A DNA stretch of 64,000 bases, taken from the NCBI RefSeq assembly GCF_000143415.4, contig NW_003314293.1, forward strand, positions 1,022,062 to 1,086,061, written 5' to 3'. This stretch comes from Selaginella moellendorffii (Eukaryota > Plantae > Lycopodiophyta). Position numbers and translations under genes: made by a program. Shown piece after piece: positions 23,086 to 37,700 of the stretch. The notes under the pieces are model-generated. The model was not told where the DNA came from, did not search any database, and saw only the letters and a list, made by a program, of their open reading frames with translations. How positions within the stretch are numbered: position 1 is the stretch's first letter; the number at the start of each line of letters is the position of its first letter.

Positions 23086-26000
23086 TGTTATGATCCGGCA
23101 CAAAAAGACAGAGATCTAGTCGCCCTAGACTATGCTACACCACCTCTTGAGGTTCCTCACCACCCAACCACCCCCGAGCTACCTCAAAAGCTCCACTACG
23201 CTGCCGCTCCACTGTGAGCCCTAGGGTAGGTTAGGTCCCTTACCCTAACATGCCTTAATATACCCTTGAGCCTCCCTTTGACCGATGTTGACCACGTAGT
23301 CAAAGCTGGCGCCTAACAATTCTTCCCCCCCANNNNNNNNNNNNNNNNNNNNNNNNNNNNNNNNNNNNNNNNNNNNNNNNNNNNNNNNNNNNNNNNNNNN
23401 NNNNNNNNNNNNNNNNNNNNNNNNNNNNNNNNTTCCACAGCCGTATACATCAAGGAGGCATTGGGCCCGTCACTCCGAGATAGTACACCTTTCAACTGGC
23501 TGACATAAAATACTGGATGAATTTTCACCCCAGCTGGCAGCCGCACCTGATAAGCCGCTTTACCAATGCGCTCCAGCAGTTCATATGGACCAGCATATCG
23601 ATGGAAAAGTTTATCACTCTTCCCTGTCTGTAAAGGCACCAAGGTGTTCTGCCGCTAACTTGACGAAAGATCACTCGCACAAAGACGAGATCACCCACTT
23701 TATATTCCCGGAATTAGCGATGCTCATTGGCAAACTTCTCCACTCTATCCTGAGCTGCTTGCAAATTCCATTTGCACACCACCAAAATCTCATCAAGTTC
23801 TGTGGCCAAATCAATTGCCTCGGAATCAAGCTTATCTTGAACGTCCTTACTCAAATGCAAACCCAACTCCACCGCTGTTCGAGGATGCCTTCCAAACATG
23901 GCAAAATAAGGACTTAGTTTGGTTCCACTGTGTTGGCTATTATTGTAAGCAAACTGCACCAACGGAAGATATAGATGCCACTGTCCTTGCGTTTGACCAA
24001 TGCTACAACGTAGCATATCCTCCACCACCTAATTCACACGCTCGGTTTGCCCATCCGTCTGAGGATGATCTCCACTCGAGAGTTTCAAAGTCACTTGCAT
24101 AGCTTTTGCAAAGCTTTTCCAAAATCCACTAGTGAACTTTGAATCTTGATCACTAATGATATCCTCTGGCAAACTAAAATCAGGAAAAACCTTCTCCAAG
24201 TAAACCATAGCCAAGTCTGAGGCAGTGACAGTCTTCCAAAGAGCCAACAACCGCACATACTTCGTCAACCGATCCACTATGACCCATACTTGCTCCTTTT
24301 GCCTCTATGTTCGTGGCAAACAAGTGATGAAGTCCATAGAGATACTACACCAACGGCTCTGAAGAATAGGTAAAGGTTGCAAAAGTCCCCCCGGCTTCTC
24401 CTGTGGCACCTTGACCCATTGACAAAGCTCACATGATTTACAATACTTGAGGATATCAGCCTTCATATTCCTCTAATAAAAGTTGCGCTTAATCAACTCA
24501 TACATCCTTTTCCCCCCAAAATGACCAGCCTGTAAACGATCATGATAGTGGAATAAAACTTGAGTAATTAACGCATCCACCCGTGGCAAATATACACAGC
24601 CATTGTAGTAGAGAATCCCATCCACCAATGAGAAAGGAGCTTCCATTTGGTCTCGCAAAGAGGCCACCTCAGCATCCTGAGCCTGAGCATGCTCAACCAA
24701 CTGCCCAAACTCGCTGACCACCTTACTCAAATGATGACAAAATCGTGTTTGTAACGTCGTCACATGACGAACACGAGATAACGCATCTGCCACCACATTT
24801 GATTTTCCCGGACGATGCTTAATAGGAAACTGTTCAACTCCTTCTGTGTGAAAAGATACACAAGTGGTTTGTGATCTGTCAACACCACAAACACTGCACC
24901 ATAAAGATAGTGCCGCCACGTCCGCAAAGCATGAACAATAGAGAGTAACTCTTGCTCATATGTGGAATAGCATTGCTCCGCGGAATTCAAAGTTCGACTC
25001 TCATATGCAATAGGCTGTCCCTCTTGCATGAGAACTCCTCCTAGTGCATAACCACTCGTATCGCATGTCACCTCGTAAGGTTTCGATGGATCAGCAATGC
25101 GAAGCACTGGAGTCTCGCTCAACAATCGCTTCAGCACCACAAAACTCTCTTTTTGTGGCTTCTTCCATTCGAATGGCACAATCTTGCGTAACAACCGCGT
25201 CAAAGGAATAGCCACCTCTGCAAACTTATGCTGGAAACGTCGGTAGTAACTAACCATACCAAGAAAACTGCGCAACTCGGCCACCATAGTCGGTGTAGGC
25301 CAATTTTCCACCACAGCCACCTTCCTTGGATCTGTCTTGACACCCTTAGATGTCACACTTTGGCCTAGATATTCCACCTCCGACTTTGCAAATTCACATT
25401 TGCTCTTCTTCGCATAAAGTTTGCTGTCTCGGAGTAACAAAAGAACCTTGCGCAAATGCACCCTATGCTCCTCCATATTCTTGCTAAAAACAAGAATATC
25501 GTCCAAGAAAATCTCTACAAACTCATGAAGATAACACCCAAATACCTCCGTCATTAACCGAGTAAATGTGGCCGATGCATTCGTCAAACCAAACGGCATA
25601 ACTGTAAACTCAAAATGTCCGAAGCTTGTGTTGAATGCCGTCTTGGAGATAGATGCATCATCCATTGCAATCTGATGATATCCACTCCGCAAATCAATCT
25701 TGGTAAACACTCGTGCTTCACCAAGCTTGTCCAGGATATCATCCACACGTGGCATTGGCATCTTATCCTTCACTGTCTTCTTGTTCAAAGCGCAGTAGTC
25801 AATACACATCCGCATTGAACCATCCTTCTTCTTCACAAGCAAGACCGGAGCACCAAACGGAGACTTACTTGGTTGAATAAATCCAAACTCAAGTAACTCC
25901 TTGACTTGTCGTTGAACTTCTTGCTCCTCTGCATAACTTAACCGAAATGGACGCCGGTAAATTAGTCGTGTCCCCAGCTCCAATGTAATCCCATGCTCCA

Positions 26001-27961
26001 CACCTCGTAACGAAGGCAACCCATGAGGAAGTTCAGATGGAAAAACATCAGAAAACTCGTTCAGTACATCCCGTACTGCTGCTTCTCCCCCACACGTGCC
26101 TTGGTCCCCCAAGTCACGAACAAACAGCAAGTAACTCGAAAGTGCTTTTCCATTACGACAAGCCCGCTTCAAAAATGTAGCAGAGCATAACAACTGGTGG
26201 TTGAACGCCCTCGCCAAACCACACATCTTTAACGCCACCATACTCCAGCAAGATATGCTTAATACTCCACTTTATCTTTGGATCCACCTTCACCAACCAT
26301 GGCATCCCGAGAATGAGATTCACACGATGGATATCCATGAGATAAAAAGTCTCCACAAGTGTGGTTTTGCCAACCAACACTTCCAGCCCCTCGACACAAG
26401 CATCGAAATGCTGAGAAGAGGTAGCTACACCTTCCACTGTGTATGGAAGAACGCTGCATGTGACCAGGCCATGCTCTGCAACAAACTTTGCCGAAACAAA
26501 GTTGTCATCGCTCCCACTATCTAGTAAAATCCGCATTGGATCATCACGGAACACGCCCTCCAGCATTAAAGCTGATTCACGCATATCCTCGAGCTCCATC
26601 TTGTTCCACACAGTTGAGTTGACGAGCAACAATCGAAAGTCGCTTCCTCCGACTGTGGAATGGTCTTTCTCCTCATCCTCACGCTGCAAAGTTTGCAACT
26701 TTTTAATATCTGACTTACCGTGAGAAGAAGATTGGCCATTCTTCTTGTCCTGCTGCTTGTTCTTCAACTGCGGACAATTAGCCTTGTAGTGTCCAAGTTC
26801 CCCGCAATGATGACAACCCTGTCTATAATTCTTCACAAAGAACTTCTACTTCTTGGACCCCTTTGCATCCGAAGTAGTCACCACCGACTTCAACTTGTGA
26901 TGCTTGTTCCCATCCTTGTGTCCACGGCGATCATCACGACAATTCTCGACAAAAGGACTCTGGGAACACTTGCGAGACTTGTGTTTCTCATTGTCAAGTC
27001 GACGAGCCGCATCAAAGAGCTCCTCCAAACTCTTTGTAGGCTGAGAATGACGCAAGTGTTGCCGCATGCTCTCACTATATAGGCCATCAATGAAGTAGGA
27101 CTTGTTCTGATCTGGATCCTTTATTGGAACATGACTAATCAAGCGAGTAAGCTTCTCAATATAGTCCCCAAGTGTCATTTTCCCTTGCTGGAAATGTCGA
27201 AGTTCCGTACGAGCATTCTCCACATCGTAATGAGGGGCAAAACATAAACGGAAAGCAGCCTCAAATTCATCCATGGTCTAGTGGTTTCTTATCCGCAACA
27301 CGGGACTCCTCAAGCCAATTCCACCATCGAAGACCCGTATCACGCAAAACCATCGGAATAGCCACTAAAGCCTCTGCATCTAGAGTTCCTCTAGCAGCCA
27401 AGAACTTCTTCACATTGGCTAGCCAAGCGAGACACTCGTTCACACCACCATCACCGGAAAAAGTTGGAATCTTGAGTCGATATACCAAAGAAGGCTTACT
27501 TGGAGCGCTACCCCGTCCAGCCTCGAGTGCCTTAACACGCCCACGCATGGTATCCATCATGCCATACATCTCGTCTTGCATCTCTTGCTGATTTCGGTTA
27601 AGGGCTCGCAGCTCATGAACCACATCTTGAATGGTCCAAATCTCCGCAGTTTCGTCGGCACCACCATTGACAATAGGATTCCAGCATTCAGCTTGGTCGG
27701 CCATCGCAACCAACTTCTTTGATACCAATGTTATAATCCGGCGCAAAAAGACAGAGATCTAGTCGCCCTAGACTATGCTACGCCACCTCTTGAGGTTCCT
27801 CACCACCCAACCACCCCCGAGCTACCTCAAAAGCTCCACTGCGCCGCCGCTCCACTGTGAGCCCTAGGGTAGGTTAAGTCCCTTACCCTAACATGCCTTA
27901 ATATACCCTTGAGCCTCCCTTTGACTGACGTTGACCACGTAGTCAAAGCTGGCGCCTAACA
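23086..27961 (-). mobile_element. Near-complete Ty3/Gypsy LTR retrotransposon
   Basis: 233-bp LTRs 23086-23318 and 27729-27961; TSD CCATC; PBS TGGTATCAAAG; PPT GGGGGGAAGAAT. gag with CHHCGELGHYKANC knuckle, protease [18 protein letters not shown], RNase H CDTSGYALG, integrase. Several stops and frameshifts. Confidence 0.95.
23333..23432. other. Assembly gap (100 N)
   Basis: Run of n. Confidence 1.
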
Positions 27962-30900
27962 CCATCTGACTATGGATGATAAGCACTTGTAAAAGTGTGG
28001 CGTATCCCAAACCAAGATGTCAAAACATGGAATGCCTCAGCCATAAATGCGGGACCATTATCCAAAAGAATTCGCTCTGGACAAGAATGCTGGAACACCA
28101 CTCGATTGAGGAGGAAATATCTAACAGCTATTGTAGAGGTGCTAGCACTCCTAGACGAGGATTCTGTGCCAACGGCGGTTGATGTACTTGACCGTAGGAG
28201 TCAAGTAGTCAGAAGCAATAATAACATACTCATTACCAATAGTCAACCATGGAAAAGGTCCCATCAAATCAAATGCCACCAACTCAAATGAACGGGAAAC
28301 TACAATCGACTCCAACCATCCTTCCGCGGCACAAGGGGTAGTATTATGAGCTTGGCACCAAACGCAACTACATACATACTGGATAATATCACGTCACATC
28401 TTTGGCCAATAGAAAGACCTGCATAGCTTCTCGGTCACACGATGATGTCCCATATGCCCACCTAGAAGAAGAGAATCATGGTAGGCATGGAGAAACCGCA
28501 GAATAAAGACAAAAGGCACCACCAACCATAAATGATCATCAAGATTTGTCCCCACAAAATAAAGAAGGCCATCTTCAAGGTGATATTGAGAATGTAAATG
28601 CCGGAAAGGTAAATCATTAGCAAGTGATGCAGAATTTTCAAACCCATCTCTAAGCCTTCGAATCCACGGCTCAATCTTTTGAGCCTCGCGAACCTCATCA
28701 AGAGAAGGTACATCTTGCTCTGCACCTTATGGATACTGAATATCAAGTATAGCAACCACCGTCGGCACAGAATCTTCGTCTAGAAAATCCATAGATGCTG
28801 GAACAATAAGCTCATCAGAAACATGAGAAGAGAGTGGAGAAGGAAGAAGAGCTCGAGAAAGGGCATCAGCATCAACCATAGAACTCCCTGGGCGATGAAC
28901 AACATCAAAATCATTTATCTGAAGTTTCAAAGCCCACCAAGCAGTACGACCAAGCAAGTTCTTCCGCTTCAATAATGAAGTAACAGCAACATAATCACCA
29001 TCAAGTAACGTCCGAGAACCATGTAGATATGCATAAAGTTTCTTGAAACCCCAAACTGCTGCTAAACACTACTTCTTTGTCGTGGAGTAGTTCATCTCTG
29101 CAGGTTGTAATGTACGGCTTATATACACAATGGGATGGCACTGACCAGGCACACTCGAGCTCTCTTGCATCAACAAACCTCCAAGACCAATGTCAGAAGC
29201 ATTCATGCACAAAATAAAAGGTCGAGTGTAGTTGGGATATGCCAAAAAAGGAGGAGTCATCAATAGCTCTTTAAGATCCACAAACACCCACTCACAATCC
29301 GAAGACCAGATGAAAGACGACATTGATGACTTCAACAACGCTCACAATGGTGCAATGTGATCAGAAAGATGATCCATAAAACAACCAAGATATTGCACCT
29401 TGCCCAAGAAGCACTACACATCATTCACACACTTTGGAGTAGGAAACTTTAGAACAGCCACAAGTTTGTCAAGATCAACTTGCAAACCCTCACGAAAAAT
29501 ACAGTACCCAAAATAAGTTGTGTCCTTGGACCCAAACATGCACTTCGACCGCTTCAGCTTTAAACCTATATCGTGTAACTAATCCAACACTTTAAAAATA
29601 TCATGAATGTGCTCCTCCCACATCCCCTCCGAGTGGATCATCAATGAAGTCAGCAGTCACCTCTAGCATATCGCAAAGAACCTTGTCCATCATTCGATGG
29701 AAAGTTGCTGGAGCATTGTTCAAACCAAATAGCATCACTAAGAACTCGTACAAATCGAATGGTGTACGAAAAGCAGTCTTAGGAATATCTTCTTCGGCCA
29801 TCGGTACTTGCTAGTACCCAAAAGCAAAGTCTAGCTTGGTGAACCAATGATTTTGCCCCAGACGATCCAAGAGATTAGTAGTGTGAGGGAGAGGGTACAC
29901 ATCCGGGATCATCACTTCGTTTAACGAATGATAGTCGATGCAGAAACGAATACTCCCATCAGGCTTCATCACAAGATGAGGTTCACATGCCCAAGGACTC
30001 CGCGACTTCCAAATAACACCCTTCTCCAACATCTCTTTGACATTTGCACATAAAATCTTGATCTCCTTTGGTGACCGATGACGAACATGAACCTTGATTG
30101 GATGAGCATCCCCGGTTGGAATCGGATGACGTGTGGCAATCTTAGCCCTAAATGATAGGTCAATTTCAAAGAGATCAAAATACTTCTTCATGAGCCAGTC
30201 AACCGCTGCAACACAAAGATCGTTGGAGGGATCAGAAAAGGGAAGAGCAGAACAAGAGGGAAATATAGGAGGAAACATAAGGGGAACAAAAATAATGGAA
30301 GCAGAGGTAAAAGTAGAGGGACAAAGAAGTACACAAGTGAGAGGAATGGATGAAATATAAGGAAGTATGAAACAAGGGGGAGAAGCCTTAAAGTCACACT
30401 TGGCATGATTATGCTGCAACCAATCCTTACCAAGAATGAGGTCAAAAGATTGACTCAACACCACTTGCAATGACTACTCAAGCTTGAGATTGCCCACACG
30501 CACAACCAGGTCCGCCTCATCCCATGCACATGCATGTGTACGGCCATTGCCATAAAGAATGAAAACTGGTTCCGCCGCACGATACAAGTGTAGATGACAA
30601 TGTGTGGCAACAGGTCGAGTAATAGAAGATAAACTCGAACCTGTATCATGACCACATCCTCGCCCTTGTCCTTGGACTTGAGCAGCAGCAGCATCAACCT
30701 CTATTGGAATAGGACTATCACTCATAGGAAGTAGAACTGAAGGACGTGCAATGAGAAGTGGAAGAGGCAACATCTCATAACGTTGTACCAAACGAAGAGC
30801 ATCATCAAGGGTGGCAGGAGCAAGTGCATGCACAAGTCCAACAAGATCTTGACGAAGTGCTAGCCACAACATTCCTAGCTTGATCCGCTCTAACATATTG

Positions 30901-31279
30901 GGCTTCGCACGAAGCAAAAGACTTCGGAAATGAATGCCAAATTGCATCACCGACTTAAATGGCCCTTGGCGAAGATGATGCAATTGTTTTAAGGCATTAT
31001 CACAGTCGTTGGCATGTTCAAAGGCGTGTTTGAAGATGTCTAGGAGAACACTCCAATCCCCACGAGTGGCTGCGCTCAAATCATTGTAGCACTACAATGC
31101 TGTCCCTTGGAGACACGTGGGAAACTCACGCAAACGTTGAGCATCATCCCAAGAATGATATGTGGCAATCACCGTGAAGTGATCGAACTAATGGTACTCA
31201 TCATCTCCGGGATTCCTGCAAAAGAACTCTGGCCGAACGCGAGGATTGGCACGAAGAGCAGGAGGAGTTGTACCACGTG

Positions 31280-34200
31280 TGTTAGGCGCCAGCTTTGACT
31301 ACGTGGTCAACATCAGTCAAAGGGAGGTTCAAGGGTATATTAAGGCATGTTAGGGTAAGGGACTAACCTACCCTAGGGCTCACAGTGGAGCGGCGGCGCA
31401 ATGGAGCTTTTGAGGTAGCTCGGGGGTGGTTGGGTGGTGAGGAACCTCAAGAGGTGGCGTAGCATAGTCTAAGGCGACTAGATCTCTGTCTTTTTGCACC
31501 GGATCATAACATTGGTATTAGAGGAGTTGGTTGCAATGGCCGACCAAGATGAACGCTGGAATCCTATTGTTGATGGTGGTGCCAACAATGGTGCCAACGA
31601 AGCTGCGAAGATTTGGACCATTCAAGATGTGGTTCATGAGCTGCGAGCCCTTAACCGAAATCAGCAAGAGATGCAAGACGAGATGCATGGCATGATGGAT
31701 ACCATGCGTGGGCATGTTGAGGCACTCGAGGCTGGACGGGGTAGCGCTCCAAGTAAGCCTTCTTTGGTAGATCGACTCAAGATTCCAACTTTTTCCGGTG
31801 ATGGTGGTGTGAACGAGTGTCTCGCTTGGCTAGCCAATGTGAAGAAGTTCTTGGCTGCTAGAGGAACTCTAGATGCAAAGGCTTTAGTGGCTATTCCGAT
31901 GGTTTTGCGTGATGCAGGTCTTCGATCGTGGAATTGGCTTGAGGAGTCCTGTGTTGTGGATAAGAAACCACCAGTCTACCATGGATGAGTTTGAGACTGC
32001 TTTCTGTTTATGTTTTGCCCCTCATTATAACGTGGAGAATGCTCGTACAGAACTTCGACATTTCTAGCAAGGGAAAATGACGCTTGGGGACTATATTGAG
32101 AAGCTTACTCGCTTGATTAGTCATGTTCCAACAAAGGATCCAGATCAGAACAAGTCCTACTTCATTGATGGCCTACATAGTGAGAGCATGCGGCAAAACT
32201 TGCGTCATTCTCAGCCTACAAAGTGTTTGGAGGAGCTCTTTTATGCGGCTCGTTGACTTGACAATGATAAACACAAGTCTCGCAAGCGTTCCCAGAGTCC
32301 TTCTGTTGAGAATCGTCGTGATGATCGCCGTGGACACAAGGATGGGAACAGGCATCACAAGTTGAAGTCAGTGGTGACTACTTCGGATGCAAAGGGGTCC
32401 AAAAAGCAGAAGTTCTTTGTGAAGAATTATAGACAGGGTTGTCATCATTGCGGGGAACTTGGACACTACAAGGCTAATTGTCCGCAGTTGAAGAACAAGC
32501 AGCAGGACAAGAAGAATGGCCAATCTTCTTCTCACGGTAAGTCAGATATTAAAAAGTTGCAAACTTTGCAGCGTGAGGATGAGGAGAACGACCATTCCAG
32601 TCGGAGGAAGCGACTTTCAATCGTTGCTCGTCAACTCAACTGTGTGGAACAAGATGGAGCTCGAGGATATGCATGAATCAGCTTTAATGTTGGAGGGCGT
32701 GTTCCGTGGCGATTCAGTGTGGATTTTACTGGATAGTGGGAGCGATGACAACTTTGTTTCGGCAAAGTTTGTTGCTGAGCATGGCTTGGTCACACGCGGA
32801 GTTCTTCCATACACAGTGGAAGGTGCAGCTACCTCTGCTCAGCATTTCGATGCTTGTGTTGAGGGGCTGGAAGTGTTGGTTGGCAAAACCACACTTGTGG
32901 AGACTTTTTATCTTGCGGATATCCATCGTGTGGATGTCATCCTTGGGATGCCATAGTTGGTGAAGGTGGATCCAGAGATAAAGTGGAGTATTAAGCATAT
33001 CTCGCTGGAGTATGGTGGCGTTAAAGACGTGTGGTTTGGCGAGGGCGTTCAACCCCCAGTTGTTATGCTGTCTACTACATCTTTGAAGTTGGTTTGTCGT
33101 AATCGAAAAGCACTTTCTAGTTACTTGCTGTTTGTTCGTGACTTAGGGGACCAAGGCACATGTGGGGGAGAAGCAGCAATACGGGATGTACTAGATGAGC
33201 TTTCTGATGTTTTTCCACATGAAGTTCCTCATGGGTTGCCTCCGTTACGAGGTGTGGAGCATGGGATTACATTGGAGCCGGGGATGCGGCCAATTTACCG
33301 GCGTCTATTTCAGTTAAGTTATGCGGAGGAGCAAGAAGTTCAATGACAAGTCAAGGAGTTACTTGAGTTTAGATTCATTCAGCCAAGTAAGTCCCCGTTT
33401 GGTGCTCCGGTCTTGCTTGTGAAGAAGAAGGATGGTTCAATGTGGATGTGTATTGACTACCGCACTTTGAAAAAGAAGACAATGAAGGATAAGATGCCGA
33501 TGCCACGTGTGGATGATATCTTGGACAAGCTTGGTGAAGCACGAGTGTTTACCAAGATTGATCTGAGGAGTGGATATCATCAGATTGCAATGGATGATGC
33601 ATCTATCTCCAAGACGGCATTCAACACAAGCTTCAGACATTTTGAGTTTACAGTTATGCCGTTTGGTTTGACGAATGCACCGAACAGTTTCCTATTAAGC
33701 ATCGTCCGGGAAAATCAAATGTGGTGGCAGATGCGTTATCTCGTGTTCGTCATGTGACAACGTTACAAACACGATTTTGTCATCATTTGAGTAAGGTGGT
33801 CAGCGAGTTTGGGCAGTTGGTTGAGCATGCTTAGGCTCAGGATGCTGAGGTGGCCTCTTTGCGAGACCAAATGGAAGCTCCTTTCTCATTGGTGGATGGG
33901 ATTCTCTACTACAATGGCTGTGTATATTTGCCACAGGTGGATGCGTTAATTACTCAAGTTTTATTCCACTATCATGATCGTTTACAGGCTGGTCATTTTG
34001 GGGGGAAAAGGATGTATGAGTTGATTAAGCACAGCTTTTATTAGAGGAATATGAAGGCTGATATCCTCAAGTATTGTAAATCATGTGAGCTTTGTCAGCG
34101 GGTTAAGGTGCCATGGGAGAAGCCGGGGGGACTTCTGCAACCTTTACCTATTCCTCAGAGCCGTTGGTGTAGTATCTCTATGGACTTCATCACTTGTTTG

Positions 34201-35404
34201 CCACGAACACAGAGGCAAAAGGAGCAAGTATGGGTCATAGTGGATCGGTTGACAAAGTATGTGCGGTTGTTGGCTCTTCGGAAGACTGTCATTGCCTCAG
34301 ACTTGGCTGCGGTTTACTTGGAGAAGGTTTTTCCTGATTTTGGTTTGCCGGAGGATATCATTAGTGATCGAGATTCAAAGTTCACTAATGGATTTTGGAA
34401 AAGCTTTGCAAAGGCTATGCAAGTGACTTTGAAACTCTCGAGTGGAGATCATCCTCAGATGGATGGGCAAACTGAGCGTGTGAATCAGGTGGTGGAGGAT
34501 ATGCTACGTTGTAGCATTGGTCAAAGGCAAGGACAATGGGATTTATATCTTTTGTTGGTGCAATTTTCTTACAACAATAGCTAGTGGAACCAAGCTAAGT
34601 CCTTATTTTGCCATGTTTGGAAGGCATCCTCAAAGCGCGGTGGAGTTGGGTTTGCATTTGAGTAAGAACGTTCAAGATAAGCTTGATTTCGAGGCAACTG
34701 ATTTGGCCATAGAACTTGATGAGATTTTGGTGGTGTGCAAACGGAATTTGCAAGAAGCTCAGGATAGAGCGGAGAAGTTTGCCAATGAGCATCATCAATT
34801 CCGGGAATACAAGGTGGGTGATCTCGTCTTTGTGCGAGTGATCTTTCCGTCAAGTGAGCAGCAGAACACCTTGGTGCCTTTACAGACAGGGAAGAGTGAT
34901 AAGCTTTCCCATCGATATGCTAGTCCATATGAAGTGCTGGAGCGCATTAGTAAAGCGGCTTATCGGGTGTGGCTGCCAGCTGGGGTGAAAATTCATCCGG
35001 TATTTTATGTTAGCCAGTTGAAAGGTGTACTATCTCGAAGTGACGGGCCTAATGCCTCCTTGATGTAGACGGCTGTGGAAGATGGATCAGGAGCTTGAGC
35101 AGGGTTCCCCAAAAAGGGTGATCACCAGTACAACTCGTCCTTGGGACAAGGACTTTGTTGGGGGGGAAGAATTGTTAAGCGCCAGCTTTGACTATGTGGT
35201 CAACGTCAGTCAAAGAGAGGCTCAAGGGTATATTAAGGCATGTTAGGTTAAGGGACTAACCTACCCTAGGGCTCACAGTGGAGTGGTGGCACAGTGGAGC
35301 TTTTGAGGTAGCTCGGGGGTGGTTGGGTGGTGAGGAACCTCAAGAGGTGGTGTAGCATAGTCTAGGGTGATTAGATCTTTGTCTTTTTGCGCCAGATCAT
35401 AATA
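31280..35404 (+). mobile_element. Ty3/Gypsy LTR retrotransposon, same family as 23086-27961, inverted, with an RT/RNase H deletion
   Basis: LTRs 31280-31511 and 35173-35404; TSD ACGTG/ATGTG (CpG decay); PBS TGGTATTAGAG; PPT GGGGGGGAAGAAT. RT joins directly to the end of RNase H at ~33682. Confidence 0.95.
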
Positions 35405-35929
35405 ATGTGCTGTGAATGCCACCATCAATTGAGTTTGGTTGTTCAATTGCAAGCGTATAGCATCAAGCAATTGGACCAACTATTCTGCAGAGTCAAAGGA
35501 GGAGATTGCTGATCTGCCATGAAGATGAACGAAAAAGAAAGAGCAAAAGAAGAGAATTGACAAAAAGCTAAAAGGAAATGGTAGATTTAGACAATACGAA
35601 AAACTAGATCTAAACCAAAATCCTGAAAGGGAAGAACAAAAGAAAGGAAATAGAAAAAACTAGATCTAGATGATGCAAAAGCTAGATCTAAACCAAAATC
35701 CCAAATTCAAGCACTCCTCTAGGACAATCAAAGGTGCCCCTCATCTCCACCAATGTGAATGCTTGGAATATGGAAAGGGAATATAAAAAATGTGCATATC
35801 CATTAGCCCAGAAAACCCTAACTTATATACAGGAGCAAGTAGTCCGGATTTAAATCAATCTGACAGCTACTAAAATCCTAATACGCTAATATTAGTATAC
35901 GGCATCGTAGCTATACACTTGGCCCTCAC

Positions 35930-36104
35930 ACACATACACACACAGACACAGAGATATATATATATGTATATATATGTATATATGTATGTATGTATATATG
36001 GTTGTATGTATGTATGTATGTGTATATGTGTATATGTATATATGTGTATGTATGTATATATGTGTATGTATGTATATATGTGTATGTATATATATATGTG
36101 TATG

Positions 36105-36137
<33 letters not shown>

Positions 36138-36185
36138 CTGTGTGTGTGTGTGTGTGTGTATATGTATATGTATGTATGTATGTAT
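35930..36185. repeat. Compound (TA/TATG/TG)n microsatellite
   Basis: Directly visible. Confidence 0.95.
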
Positions 36186-37069
36186 TTATAAACCTTACAA
36201 CTATTTTTTAATATAAAACTATAAAAATAAATAATGCTACCAATTAGTAATAAAGAACAAATTCAGCAAATGATTGTAATTCTAAATGATTTAATTAAAC
36301 TTGTAGATTAAGTTTAAAATATATGATGTTATAAAGTTCATGGTTTGCACATTTCAAGTGTAATTATTTTATTTATTTATTATTAAATTTTATAGAAACA
36401 TATAATACACAATTAGTTATGTGGTACTATATTTTTCTTCATTTTTTACTTTCATTTTAACTTGAAGTGATAACTTCATTATTCACTCAAATATATACAA
36501 CTAAATGAAATTTCACTTTCATTTCTAACAAGTATATGTATCTATAATACAGTACCTTTTCTACTTTTCCCAGGATCGTTTTTAGTATCATACTCCCTTC
36601 AGTAAATCTGCTTTTTGTGTCACTTATTCTTGTTTTAGAATATTATTTATGAATATGCTTTCAATTGGAAGGTTAATATTTGAAAGCTTTGGATTAAAAC
36701 CCTATGCCAAAAAGCGCTTCAGTTCAAGCTCTCTCCTTTGACAGGATCTTCATCATTTCAATAGGTTATAGTTTCTGGGCTGCATTTTGCATTCAACACA
36801 GTTACTCCCGATAGAAATTGCAATGGCAGCAGATAGGAGTGTTTGGCACAAGCAACTCAAGGTATTTAACAAGTGTGGATTTTTGTCGTATGTCAAAGGT
36901 GAGCCTTCTTAGAACAAAAGAAACCATTTTTGGCTCTCAACTAAGCCAAAGGACATGCTAGTGCATAGATTCAAATTGGAAAAAGACTTTGGCCTTCCAA
37001 TGGTGGAACTATGACAGATCGAAGCCTTGGAATCATTAAAGATTCTAAAGTCTTCTAGATCTGTAAGAA

Positions 37070-37071
<2 letters not shown>

Positions 37072-37107
<36 letters not shown>
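37072..37107. repeat. (CT)n microsatellite
   Basis: Directly visible. Confidence 0.95.
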
Positions 37108-37110
<3 letters not shown>

Positions 37111-37700
37111 TGTGTTGTTATATTATATTATGCCAGGAGTCTTGGACAAGGATTCCTTGAGACATGTGCTCAATTTACACTTAGTGTGTGAAAATGTTAC
37201 ATATCAAAACATTCCTTTTTTCCTTTCCTTTCTCCCAAAGAGGGGTGTTACCATAGTCTCTCTCTCTCCCCTTTTATTTCTGTACATTGTTTTACTCTAT
37301 ACGTTCCCAAGATCTCTCCATATCACTTGCCAACTCTATTGGGGGAGGTAGTCCCTTATGTGCCATTGCATACCATATGGTATACAGGAGAGGAAGGCAC
37401 TAAATAGTAGATTTCCATGTTCAAAAATCCAGTTTTTTGTTGATGATCCAAGTATCACTCAAGTTCCAAGCTCTGAAACAGCATGAGGATATAAAAGCAT
37501 ACAAATACAAAAATTTGAAAGTAAATAATGCAACTCACTCCATCCCAGTCCAGTAATCATAGTGATCACCCCAGGGGCACAGGATCATAGTACTAAAAGA
37601 CTGAGTGCTTCAGCCAATAGTGTTGGGGGGAGGTGCCTCCCCCAACGCTCGCTCAAACACAAGAAGTGCTTCAATACTCTTCACAAAAATGTCCCCCCCC

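Larger units (their letters stand above)
22992..35860 (-). mobile_element. Old Ty3/Gypsy element acting as host for two younger insertions
   Basis: gag starts near 35520 (MADQQSPP...) and resumes after the insertion at 31279-30474. Then protease, RT (RFCIDYHSLN, FTKLDFAFGY, KTAFRTPF), RNase H (CMNASDIGLGG), and integrase split at AYHP*SDG|LVE by the 23086-27961 element. No LTR recognised. Confidence 0.75.

Noticed and set aside
35919-36216. YVCM-rich ORFs
   Set aside because: Translation of a microsatellite.
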